Source of the DNA: Actinomycetes bacterium
Lineage (GTDB): Bacteria; Actinomycetota; Acidimicrobiia; Acidimicrobiales; Bog-793
Length of the DNA stretch: 49,366 bases
Direction: 5' to 3'
Assembly: GCA_021798745.1 (NCBI GenBank)
Contig: JAJZBW010000002.1
Coordinates: 1 to 49,366, forward strand
How positions within the stretch are numbered: position 1 is the first letter of the stretch; each line of letters begins with the position of its first letter. Under the pieces are notes generated by a model that searched no databases, was not told the DNA's origin, and saw nothing but the letters and a program-made list of their open reading frames with translations. Below, piece after piece: positions 41,511 to 49,366 of this stretch. The position numbers and the translations under genes are program-made.

Positions 41511-42959
41511 GTGTCGATCCGCCTCCGTCTCGCGCTCGTGGTGGCGCTGATCACGACCGTCCTCGTCGCGACGGGAGGGGTGGTCTCCGAGGCGGTCCTC
41601 TCCTCGGGGATGCGCGCCACGCTCCAGGACGACCTGCGCCGGAACGCGGCACGGCTCGTGAACGACCTCGAGACGAGACGGCTCGTCCTCGGCGCGGCCG
41701 CGCCGGTGGTCGACCCCTCGAGGGACCAGAGCGTCCTCCAGGTGGTCACCTCGAACGGTCACGTCGGGTACACGACGGTTCGCGCGGGGACGACGAGCAT
41801 GCTGAGCGGCCCGGAGCGCGCCCGGGCCGGGGCGAGGCGCATCTACGTGGTCCGCGATCGAGCCGGTTGGCGCAGCCCGCGGCTGCTCCTCGCCGAGCCC
41901 GCGCCGGCGCACCCGGGGTGGCTGATCGTCGTCGGCGCGTCGCTCGACGAGCTCGACGACACGACTGCTCGCCTCGAGCTCCTCCTCGTGGGCGGAGGGG
42001 CGGCGCTCGTCGTGGTCGCGACCGCGGGCGGGTACCTCCTCGCCGGTCGCGCCCTGCGCCCCGTGGACCGGCTCCGTGCCGAGGCCGAGGAGATCTCCGC
42101 GACGCTCCCGTCCCGGCGCCTCGCGACCCCGACGACCCGCGACGAGCTCGCGAGGCTCGCGGAGACGCTCAACCGGCTGCTCGACCGCCTGCAGGGGACG
42201 CTGTCGCGTCAGAGGGAGTTCGTCGCGGTGGCGAGCCACGAGCTGCGAACCCCCCTCGCGGTGCTCCAGGCCGAGCTCGAGATGGCGCGTCGCCCCGGAC
42301 GGAGCGTGGAGGAGCTCCGCGGGGCGCTCGAGGTGCTCGGGCCACGGGTGGACCAGCTCGCGCGCCTCGCCGACGACCTCCTTCTCCTCGCGCGGGGGGA
42401 CGAGGGGGCGCTCGGGATGCGGGTGGTCCGCCAGCCGCTCGAGCCGATCGTCGCGCAGAGCCTCGCCTCGCTCTCCCGGGTCGCCGAGGCGCGCGGGGTC
42501 GCGCTCGCGCTCGACGCGGACGGGGACGTCGCGGCGCCCGTCGACGCGGGTCGGTTCCAGCAGGTCGTGGAGAACCTCGTCGAGAACTCGCTCGAGCACG
42601 CGGTCGGCGGGCGGCTCGTCGCGGTGCACCTGCGGGAGGAGGCGGACCACGCGGTCCTCGAGGTCCGCGACGAGGGTCCGGGCTTCGCGCCGGACGTCCT
42701 CCCGAGGGCGTTCGAGAGGTTCACCCGCGCCGAGGCGCCCGCTCGGCGAGGGGGCAGGCGAGGAGCAGGTCTCGGGCTCGCGATCGCGCGGCTCGTCGTC
42801 GAGGCGCACGGGGGGAGCGTCGAGGCGAGGAACCGTGCCGCGGGAGGGGCGTGCGTGGTCGTGCGCCTGCCGGTGAGCCCCGCAGGGGCGGACGGATCTC
42901 CCGAGGTGCAGCAGGGAGCAGGGAAGTCGACGAGAGGAGCGCGTCCGTGGACGTCGTAG
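41511..42959 (+). CDS. Sensor histidine kinase (two TM helices, HAMP, HisKA, HATPase_c)
   Basis: TM1 is LRLALVVALITTVLVATGGVV, with a second TM after a periplasmic region of ~130 aa. The H-box VAVASHELRTPLAVL is present, along with the N-box VENLVENSLEH and the G-boxes DEGPGF and GAGLGLAI. The GTG at 41511 lies 8 nt after the RR stop. Confidence 0.88.
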   Translation: MSIRLRLALVVALITTVLVATGGVVSEAVLSSGMRATLQDDLRRNAARLVNDLETRRLVLGAAAPVVDPSRDQSVLQVVTSNGHVGYTTVRAGTTSMLSGPERARAGARRIYVVRDRAGWRSPRLLLAEPAPAHPGWLIVVGASLDELDDTTARLELLLVGGGAALVVVATAGGYLLAGRALRPVDRLRAEAEEISATLPSRRLATPTTRDELARLAETLNRLLDRLQGTLSRQREFVAVASHELRTPLAVLQAELEMARRPGRSVEELRGALEVLGPRVDQLARLADDLLLLARGDEGALGMRVVRQPLEPIVAQSLASLSRVAEARGVALALDADGDVAAPVDAGRFQQVVENLVENSLEHAVGGRLVAVHLREEADHAVLEVRDEGPGFAPDVLPRAFERFTRAEAPARRGGRRGAGLGLAIARLVVEAHGGSVEARNRAAGGACVVVRLPVSPAGADGSPEVQQGAGKSTRGARPWTS

Positions 42960-44800
42960 TCGCCGTGAAGCAGGTCCCGAGGAGCGAGGTGCTCGCTCTC
43001 GGCCCGGACGCCCGGCTCGAACGGGAGGGCGTGCCCACCGAGATGAGCGCGTACTGCAGGAGGGCGCTCGCCAAGGGGATCGAGCTCGCCCGGGCCACCT
43101 CGGGACGGTGCACGGTCGTGAGCGTCGGCCCTCCCTCGGCCGCGACCGTGGCGCGCGACGCGCTCGCGTGCGGGGCAGACGAGGCGATCCTTCTCAGCGA
43201 CCCCGCTCTCGCAGGGTCCGACACGCTCGTGACGGCGCGCGCGCTCGCGGCGCTGCTCGCGACGCTCGGGAGGGTCGACCTCGTGCTCGTGGGCAAGGCC
43301 TCCCTCGACGCGGAGACGGGCCAGGTCGGGCCCCAGCTCGCGGAGCTGCTCGACCTCCCCTTCGCGGGAGCCGTGCGCGAGCTCGAGATCGACCTCGGCG
43401 AAGGCGTGGCGCGCACGGTGTGCGAGCTCGACGACGGTCGGGAGGAGGTCACGGTCGCGCTCCCTGCGGTGCTCGCGATGGCCGAGCGGAGCTGCAGCCC
43501 GGCGAGGGCGGACCCGTCTGTCGTCGCGACCATCCCCCTCGCGCGGGTCCGCCGGGTCGACGTCGGCGCGCTCGGCTCCCCCGGGCCGTGGGGCGCCGCG
43601 GGCAGCCCGACGAAGGTGGACAGCGTCGTGCCGGCGAGCCGCGCCCGTCGGGGAGTGGTGCTCGCCGGGACGGTCGAGGAGCAGGTCGACGCGCTGCTCG
43701 AGCTGCTCGTCGCGCGAGGCGCCCTCGAGACGACGGCGCGACCCGGACGTCGCGCGGAGGACGCTCGCCCCGTCCCGGCTCCGGCCGGGGCCGGGTGGCG
43801 GGACGCGGGTCCCCGGGGAGCAGCGCCCGGCGACCGGGTCGCGGTGCTCGCGCTCCTCGAGCCGGGGCAGCCGCGGCTCGCCGCGGAGATCGTCGGGGGA
43901 GCCGCGAGGATCGCGGCCGAGCTGGGCGGCACGACGAGCGCGACGGGACCCGGTCAGCACGACGGGCTCCTCGCGACACGCTGGGCCGAAGGGGCCGACG
44001 AGGTTGTCGACCTCGTCGGGTCCCCGATCGCCGAGGACGTCGCCCGGGCGCTCGCGTCCTACGTCGGGCTCGAGCAGCCCGAGGTGCTCCTCGCACCGTC
44101 GACGACGTGGGGGCGCGAGGTCGCCGCACGGCTCGCCGCGCGGATCGGGGCGGGACTCGTCGGGGACGTCGTCGACCTGGAAGTCGTCGGTGGTCGGCTG
44201 CGGGGGGTCAAGCCCGCGTGCGCGGGCGGGCTCCTCGCGACGGTCTCGGTCACCTCGGCGGTGCAGCTCGCGACGGTGCGTCCGGGCGCGCTCGTCGTGC
44301 CCGAGGGGCGGACAGGAGGGGGGCGGGCGAGCCGACGGGTGGTCGAGGTCGCCGCGCGGGGCCGCGTCGCGACGGGGTCGAGGTCGCGTGACGACGAGGT
44401 GGACGCGCTGGAGCGCGCGAGCGTGGTCGTCGGCGTGGGGCTCGGCGTCCCGCCCGAGGCGTACGGGGAGGTGCGCCGGCTCGCCGAGCGGATGGGCGCC
44501 GAGCTCGGCGCGACCCGCAAGGTGACCGACCGGGGCTACCTCCCTCGCTCGCGTCAGATCGGGATCACCGGACGGAACGTGGCTCCGGGCCTCTACCTCG
44601 CGCTGGGGGTGAGCGGCTCGCCGAACCATCTCGCGGGCGTCCGGAGAGCGGGGACCGTCGTCGCGGTGAACAGCGACCCCGGTGCTCCGGTGCTCGCGGC
44701 GAGCGACGTCGGGATCGTCGCCGACTGGCGAGACGTCGTCGCGACGCTCCTCGAGCGCCTCGGGGAGGAGGTGCCGCGCCCGGCGGCTCCCGTGGCCTGA
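42947..44800 (+). CDS. Electron-transfer flavoprotein, EtfB-EtfA fusion in one 617-aa reading frame
   Basis: The N-terminal half is EtfB-like (VVVAVKQVP...GADEAILLSD...DLVLVGKASLDAETGQVGPQLAELLDLPF...). A ~45-aa Pro/Ala/Arg linker follows. The C-terminal half is EtfA-like (...LLAPSTTWGREVAARLAARIGAGLVGDV...IGITGRNVAPGLYLALGVSGSPNHLAGV...VAVNSDPGAPV). There is no stop codon between the halves. The GTG at 42947 has GAGAGGAG upstream and overlaps the HK stop by 13 nt. Confidence 0.8.
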   Translation: MDVVVAVKQVPRSEVLALGPDARLEREGVPTEMSAYCRRALAKGIELARATSGRCTVVSVGPPSAATVARDALACGADEAILLSDPALAGSDTLVTARALAALLATLGRVDLVLVGKASLDAETGQVGPQLAELLDLPFAGAVRELEIDLGEGVARTVCELDDGREEVTVALPAVLAMAERSCSPARADPSVVATIPLARVRRVDVGALGSPGPWGAAGSPTKVDSVVPASRARRGVVLAGTVEEQVDALLELLVARGALETTARPGRRAEDARPVPAPAGAGWRDAGPRGAAPGDRVAVLALLEPGQPRLAAEIVGGAARIAAELGGTTSATGPGQHDGLLATRWAEGADEVVDLVGSPIAEDVARALASYVGLEQPEVLLAPSTTWGREVAARLAARIGAGLVGDVVDLEVVGGRLRGVKPACAGGLLATVSVTSAVQLATVRPGALVVPEGRTGGGRASRRVVEVAARGRVATGSRSRDDEVDALERASVVVGVGLGVPPEAYGEVRRLAERMGAELGATRKVTDRGYLPRSRQIGITGRNVAPGLYLALGVSGSPNHLAGVRRAGTVVAVNSDPGAPVLAASDVGIVADWRDVVATLLERLGEEVPRPAAPVA

Positions 44801-44971
44801 GACGCGACGGAGACGGGCGAGGCGATCGGCCTCCCCCCTCGCACGGGCCCCGTCGCGAGGAGCGCGTGCCCGCCCGGGCGCGCAGGTCGGCGAGCTCGCG
44901 GCGCTCCGTGGCGATCTCCGCTTTCGGGCCACCGCCCCGTACGGCACAGTTGCGGGCGTGAACGAGGCGGC

Positions 44972-45859
44972 GTGCGCGTGACGAGCCGGTCCGCGTCGCT
45001 CGGCCTCGTGGCGGCGGCCGCCTGCTGGGGGTCGACCGTGGTCGCGATCAAGGTCGCCGAGCGCGGGCTCCCGAGCCTCGGGGTGACGGTCGTCGAGACG
45101 ACGATCGCGATCGCGACGCTCGCGGTCGTGTCCGCCTACCGGCGGCAGGTCCCCTGGCGGGTCCCGTGGCCCGCGCTCGCCGCAGGGGTGCTCGAGCCGG
45201 GGCTCACGTACCTGCTCATCAACCTCGGGCTCGCCCGGACGAGCGGGCTGGACGGGGCGCTGTTGATCGGGACCGAGTCGCTCTTCATCGTCCTGCTCTC
45301 GGCAGCGTGGCGGAGGAGGATGCCCTCGGCGGCGTCGCTCCTCGGGCTGTCGATCGCGCTCGGCGGGTCGGTCGGGCTCGCGAGCAGGGGAGGGCACGCG
45401 AGCGTCGTCGGCGACGTGCTCGTCGGGGCGGGGAGCCTGGCGGCGGCGGGATACGTCGTGGTCACGCACCACTACGCGTCGGACGCCGACGCGGTCGCGG
45501 TCACGACCGGCCAGTTCGGGGTCGGGGCGGTCTTCACCCTCCTCGTGGCCGGGGTCGCGGGAGCCGCGGGCGACGACCCGTTCCGGCACGCCACTCCGGG
45601 GGCGGTGGTCGCTGCGCTCGTCGCGGGAGTCCTCGGGTCGACCGTGGGCTTTCTCGCGTACAACACCGCGCTCGCTCGCGTGAGCGTGACCGAGGCGGCG
45701 CTCGCGGTCGCGCTCATCCCGGTGTTCGGTGCCGTGTTCTCGCTCCTCGTCCTCGGGGGCGGTGTCACGGCGACGAACGCGGTCGCGGGTGTCGCGATCG
45801 TGACGGGCGTGACCGTCGCCCAGTGGGCCGAGACCCGGCCGGCGGCAGAGCCCACCTGA
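44972..45859 (+). CDS. EamA/DMT-superfamily transporter
   Basis: The ~295-aa product has ten hydrophobic helices in two EamA-like halves (LGLVAAAACWGSTVVAIK...; ...GSTVGFLAYNTALARV). Confidence 0.8.
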   Translation: MRVTSRSASLGLVAAAACWGSTVVAIKVAERGLPSLGVTVVETTIAIATLAVVSAYRRQVPWRVPWPALAAGVLEPGLTYLLINLGLARTSGLDGALLIGTESLFIVLLSAAWRRRMPSAASLLGLSIALGGSVGLASRGGHASVVGDVLVGAGSLAAAGYVVVTHHYASDADAVAVTTGQFGVGAVFTLLVAGVAGAAGDDPFRHATPGAVVAALVAGVLGSTVGFLAYNTALARVSVTEAALAVALIPVFGAVFSLLVLGGGVTATNAVAGVAIVTGVTVAQWAETRPAAEPT

Positions 45860-46035
45860 GGTCGGCGCACCGGCAGCTGCCCGAGGCGCGATAGTACGTA
45901 CGCAATGACGTCTCGCCTCGTGCCCGAGCCCGGATCGGTGCGCCACGAGAACGAGAGCGGGCCGTGCGCGCTCCGGGTCGCGGCGCTCGGGCCCGTGGCG
46001 GGCTGACCCGGCGTCGTGTCGGGGAGCGGCGGACG

Positions 46036-46767
46036 ATGACGAAGGCGCGCTCGGTGGACCGCGGGAGCCCGGTCCCGCTGTGGGCCCAGGTGCTGTCGGA
46101 CCTGAGGGGCCGGGTCGCCGCGGGCGAGTTCGACGAGCGGTTCCCGACGGACGAGCAGCTTCGGGCCGAGTACGGGGTCAGCCGGCAGACGATCCGAGAG
46201 GCGGCCCGGCGCCTCCAGGGCGACGGGGTGATCGTGCGGGAGCGGGGACGGGGGAGCACGCTTGCGACCTCCCCCGTGGAGCAGCCGCTCCACACGCTCT
46301 ACAGCCTGGCGCGGACCGCCCAGGAACAGGGGTTGAGCGAGCACAGCGAGGTTCGCCGCCTCGAGAGGATCCCGGCAGGGGAGTCCCGCGGGCCGCTCGG
46401 GCTCGCGGACGGGGACACGGTCGTGTACGTGGAGCGCCTGCGCTTCGTAGGAGACGAGCCGCTGTCGCTCCACCGGTCGTGGCTGCCCTACGAGCGGGCC
46501 GAGGGGCTGCTCGACGCGGACCTTCGAAGCGGCTCTCTCTACGACGCGCTCGGCGCGTGCTGCGGGGTGCGGGTCACGGGCGGATGGGAGCGGATACAGC
46601 CGGAGCTTCCGACGGGCGCGATGCGCCGGCTGCTCGGCGTCCCGGACGGCCAGGCGGTGCTCGTCGTGGACCGGCTCGCGATCGCGGGGAGCACCCCGGT
46701 CGAGTGGAGGCGGAGCGTGGTCCGGGGCGACCGGTACGCGTTCCGGGCGGAGTGGTCCGCGACCTGA
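46036..46767 (+). CDS. GntR-family transcriptional regulator, HutC subfamily (UTRA effector domain)
   Basis: The wHTH is PLWAQVLSDLRGRVAAGEF...FPTDEQLRAEYGVSRQTIREAARRLQGDGVIVRERGRGSTL, followed by a UTRA-like C-terminus. The ATG is at 46036. Confidence 0.88.
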   Translation: MTKARSVDRGSPVPLWAQVLSDLRGRVAAGEFDERFPTDEQLRAEYGVSRQTIREAARRLQGDGVIVRERGRGSTLATSPVEQPLHTLYSLARTAQEQGLSEHSEVRRLERIPAGESRGPLGLADGDTVVYVERLRFVGDEPLSLHRSWLPYERAEGLLDADLRSGSLYDALGACCGVRVTGGWERIQPELPTGAMRRLLGVPDGQAVLVVDRLAIAGSTPVEWRRSVVRGDRYAFRAEWSAT

Positions 46768-46922
46768 CGCGCACCGGGCCGGCACCGCGCTGCCCTCGCG
46801 GCCGGTCCGTGGCTCCCCGCCCGGCGCGTCTCGGGCCGGGTCGCCTGTAGGGAGCGGTCCCCCGTGGGCCGGAGGCCCGGCGCGAGTCGTGCCGGTCCCC
46901 GGCGCTCCGGTACCGTCGGTCC

Positions 46923-47684
46923 GTGCGGGCCTACGTGCGAGACACCCGGCGGAGCGCCGTGGACGGGTCGTCGCGCCGCGCGCTCTGGTCGGGCGTCGCT
47001 CTCGCGGTGCTCGCCGTCGTGGCCGCGGGAGCTGCCGGGACGACGCGCTTCTCCGGTCCTCGCTGGGTGCCCCACTGGAGCACGCGTCCAGGCGCGGCTC
47101 GCGCGGGGCGCGGCGTGTCGCCCGGGGCACGCGTGCCCGTGGCGACCGCGGCACGGACGTCGGTGCGGGTGCCGCTCGCGCCCGTTCTGTGGGTGCTCGC
47201 CGGGCTCGCCCTCCTCGGAGCGGCGCTCGTGCTGTGGCGGTTGTGGTCGCGCCGCTCGTCCCGCCCCGCGCGTGACGTGCACGCGGCTGCGGTCGCTGCC
47301 GCGCGGGACGCTCCGCCCGAGCCCGCGCCCGAGCCCGAGCCCGAGCGGATCCTCACGGGGATCGAGCTCGCGCTCGAGGCGCTCGACGGGGAGCGGCACC
47401 CGACCGACGCGGTGGTGCGCGCGTGGCTCGGGCTCGAGCAGACCGCCGCGGAGTCCGGAGTCGTGCGCCGTCCGTCGGAGACGCCGACGGAGCTGACGGA
47501 ACGGATCCTCGGGAGGGTCTTCAGCGACGACCGCGCGGTGCGGACTCTCCTCCGTCTCTACCTCCGGACGCGATTCGGCGACCACCCGGTGACGGCGTGG
47601 GAGGTCGCTGCGGTCCGCGGTGCGCTCGGAGAGCTCGTCCGGAGCCGGCACGGTGCCGAGCGCTCACCGTCCGCGGCGCGCTGA
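46923..47684 (+). CDS. DUF4129-like membrane protein
   Basis: Two TM segments are followed by the C-terminal block AVVRAWLGLEQTAAESGVVRRPSETPTELTERIL...LLRLYLRTRFGDHPVT, which matches the DUF4129 pattern usually found upstream of MoxR/DUF58 loci. The start is GTG 46923. Confidence 0.6.
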   Translation: MRAYVRDTRRSAVDGSSRRALWSGVALAVLAVVAAGAAGTTRFSGPRWVPHWSTRPGAARAGRGVSPGARVPVATAARTSVRVPLAPVLWVLAGLALLGAALVLWRLWSRRSSRPARDVHAAAVAAARDAPPEPAPEPEPERILTGIELALEALDGERHPTDAVVRAWLGLEQTAAESGVVRRPSETPTELTERILGRVFSDDRAVRTLLRLYLRTRFGDHPVTAWEVAAVRGALGELVRSRHGAERSPSAAR

Positions 47685-47685
47685 C

Positions 47686-48294
47686 GTGGTCGCACGCGCC
47701 CTCGGAGAGCTCCTCGCGCGCCGGGGTGGCCGGGCGATCGCGGAGGTGACGGCGACCGCGGTCGTGGCCGGTGCGATCTGCTGGTACTTCGGGGCGGACG
47801 TGTGGCGGTCGCTCGTGCTCGGGACCGCGATCGCGGCGGCGGCCGTGGCCGGGCTCGAGGGGCTCGCGCTCGGGCTGTCGCCGGACGACGACGACTCCTC
47901 GTGGCGCGAAGAGCGAGGGATGCGGCGCAACGGGGCGCGCGGCGACGTCGCGAGCCTGGCCGCGTCCGTGCGAGGGCGGGGCGGACGAGCGAGCCTCGCG
48001 CGGGGCCCGGTGCACCAGATCGCGCGTCGTCGCCTCGCGACCCGTCAGCTCGACATCGAACGTCCCGAGGACCGGGCCGCGATCGAGCAGGTTGTCGGTC
48101 GGCGCGCGTACAGGCTGCTCGTGCGCGACCACCGTCGCGGGCTCTCCGAGCGGTCCCTCGTGCACTGTCTCGACGCTCTCGACGCGCTCGGTCCCCCCGC
48201 GGCCGGGGCGGATGCGCGCCCGAACGCGCCGGAGCGCGCGGGAGCGGACGTCTCGCGGCTGTCGCATCTCACGAGGAGGGCCCGTGAACGCTGA
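47686..48294 (+). CDS. Hypothetical two-TM membrane protein upstream of MoxR
   Basis: The GTG at 47686 lies 1 nt after the DUF4129 stop. The helices are AIAEVTATAVVAGAICWYF and SLVLGTAIAAAAVAGLEGLAL, followed by an Arg-rich cytoplasmic part. It overlaps the MoxR start by 11 nt. Support is positional only. Confidence 0.4.
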   Translation: MVARALGELLARRGGRAIAEVTATAVVAGAICWYFGADVWRSLVLGTAIAAAAVAGLEGLALGLSPDDDDSSWREERGMRRNGARGDVASLAASVRGRGGRASLARGPVHQIARRRLATRQLDIERPEDRAAIEQVVGRRAYRLLVRDHRRGLSERSLVHCLDALDALGPPAAGADARPNAPERAGADVSRLSHLTRRARER

Positions 48295-49327
48295 CGTCCG
48301 TCCGAGGAGATCTGACGGCGACCCGTCACGCCCGGAGGTGCCCGGGGCGCTTCCCGTCGCTCGCATCGCGCAGCTCGCCGAGGAGATCCTCGGACGGGTC
48401 GCGACCGTGGTGGTCGGGATGGACGAGGCGGTCGAGCTCGCGCTCGCGAGCATCCTCGCGGGTGGGCACGTGCTGTTCGAGGACCTTCCCGGACTGGGAA
48501 AGACGCTCGCGGCGCGAAGCCTCGCCGCGGCGCTCGGGCTCGACTTCCGCCGGCTCCAGTGCACGCCGGACCTGCTCCCCGCGGACATCACGGGGTCGTT
48601 CGTCTACAGCCCCGCGACGAGCGAGTTCGCGTTCCGGCCCGGACCGGTGTTCACGGGGCTGTTCCTCGCCGACGAGATCAACCGGACGTCGCCGAAGACC
48701 CAGTCGGCGCTCCTCGAGGCCATGGCGGAAGGTCAGGTGAGCGTCGAGGGGCAGAGCTTCCGTCTCCCGCCCCCGTTCCACGTGGTGGCGACGGCGAACC
48801 CGATCGAGTACGAGGGAACGTATGCGCTGCCCGAGGCGCAGCTCGACCGGTTCCTCGTCCGTCTCGAGGTCGGGTACCCGGACCGAGACGGGGAGACCCA
48901 GATCCTCCTCAACCGTGTCGAGCGCCGCCGCGAGGTCGCGGACGTCGATCCCGTCGTCGACTCCTCGACGCTCCTCGCGATGCAGCGCGGCGTCGAGAGC
49001 GTGTACGTGGAGCCGGACGTGGCCCGCTACTGCGTCGACGTCGCGGCCGCGACCCGCCGGCATCGGGCGATCGAGGTCGGGGCCTCCCCGCGGGGATCGC
49101 AGGGGCTCATGCTCCTCGGACGGGCGCTCGCGGTGGTCGACGGGCGGGACTTCGTTACCCCGGACGACGTGAAGCGGGTGGCGGTCCCCGTGCTCGCGCA
49201 CCGGCTCACGCTCACGACCCAGGCGTGGGCGGACGGGACGCGCACGGCCGACGTGGTGTCGGCGATCGTCGCGGACGTCTCCGGGCCACCGACGGTCGGT
49301 CGGCGCCCGCCCGCCGGGCCGCGGTGA
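48284..49327 (+). CDS. moxR: MoxR-family AAA+ ATPase
   Basis: The translation contains GHVLFEDLPGLGKTLAARSLA (Walker A), LFLADEINRTSPKTQSALLEAMAE (Walker B / sensor) and ATANPIEYEGTYALPEAQLDRF. The GTG at 48284 has GAGGAGGG upstream. Confidence 0.92.
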   Translation: MNADVRPRRSDGDPSRPEVPGALPVARIAQLAEEILGRVATVVVGMDEAVELALASILAGGHVLFEDLPGLGKTLAARSLAAALGLDFRRLQCTPDLLPADITGSFVYSPATSEFAFRPGPVFTGLFLADEINRTSPKTQSALLEAMAEGQVSVEGQSFRLPPPFHVVATANPIEYEGTYALPEAQLDRFLVRLEVGYPDRDGETQILLNRVERRREVADVDPVVDSSTLLAMQRGVESVYVEPDVARYCVDVAAATRRHRAIEVGASPRGSQGLMLLGRALAVVDGRDFVTPDDVKRVAVPVLAHRLTLTTQAWADGTRTADVVSAIVADVSGPPTVGRRPPAGPR

Positions 49328-49366
49328 GCGGGTCCACGTCCGGGCGCGCCGCCCCCGACGGGTCGA
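49324..49366 (+). CDS. Start of next gene (DUF58-type partner expected by synteny), fragment
   Basis: A GTGA overlap joins it to the moxR stop (GTG 49324, TGA 49325-49327). Only 14 codons are visible, so the product is inferred from the usual MoxR-DUF58 pairing. Confidence 0.25.
   Translation, partial: MSGSTSGRAAPDGS

Noticed and set aside
1-49366. A search for mobile-element hallmarks (transposase/integrase genes, terminal inverted repeats, flanking tRNA, direct-repeat att sites) around the 11.3-19.6 kb envelope island and elsewhere.
   Set aside because: None was recognised. The only compositional anomaly is the intragenic 16981-17340 cassette. I also saw no tRNA/rRNA-like sequences in the short intergenic regions.

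Overview
This is a very high-GC, Actinomycetota-like chromosomal segment. Hand counts give about 72-75% GC in typical coding stretches. It is densely packed with roughly 45 protein-coding genes, and many junctions are ATGA/GTGA start-stop overlaps. I recognised no rRNA, tRNA, CRISPR array, transposase or integrase. Most long ORFs in the six-frame track are Arg/Pro/Gly-rich antisense or off-frame artefacts of the GC content. Several listed ORFs are real only in their 3' part, so I re-derived those starts from RBS and start-codon positions. From left to right, the window contains the following.
(1) An amine/amino-acid catabolism divergon: an Lrp/AsnC regulator, a class-III aminotransferase, an FAD oxidoreductase and a DUF3048 protein on the minus strand. 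They face an aldehyde dehydrogenase, alanine dehydrogenase, a class-I aminotransferase and a translationally coupled carbon-nitrogen hydrolase on the plus strand.
(2) An accessory cell-envelope island at 11.3-19.6 kb, the most unusual part of the window. A divergent ECF-like sigma factor, a Pro/Thr-repeat membrane protein and an 882-aa membrane-tethered LysM + wHTH/BTAD (SARP-type) regulator diverge from a 1248-aa LPFTG-anchored protein. That protein has eight SpaA/prealbumin-like domains, and one of them sits on a roughly 360-bp low-GC cassette.
(3) Housekeeping and metal genes: pirin, a Fur-family regulator with no canonical start codon, a CopD-like membrane protein, pncB and pfkA.
(4) An Fe3+/polyamine-type ABC importer followed by two membrane proteins, then an SDR, a DUF4395 protein, an MscS channel, a secreted 3 x DUF5666-like repeat protein, a small Cys-rich protein and DedA.
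(5) A co-directional 9.4-kb string: sugar SBP, VIT1/CCC1 iron transporter, sugar ABC ATPase, two permeases, an OmpR-type response regulator, a histidine kinase and a single-polypeptide EtfB-EtfA fusion.
(6) An EamA transporter, a GntR/HutC regulator, and the start of a DUF4129 / membrane protein / MoxR ATPase locus.
All family assignments come from motif recognition by eye, not from database searches.
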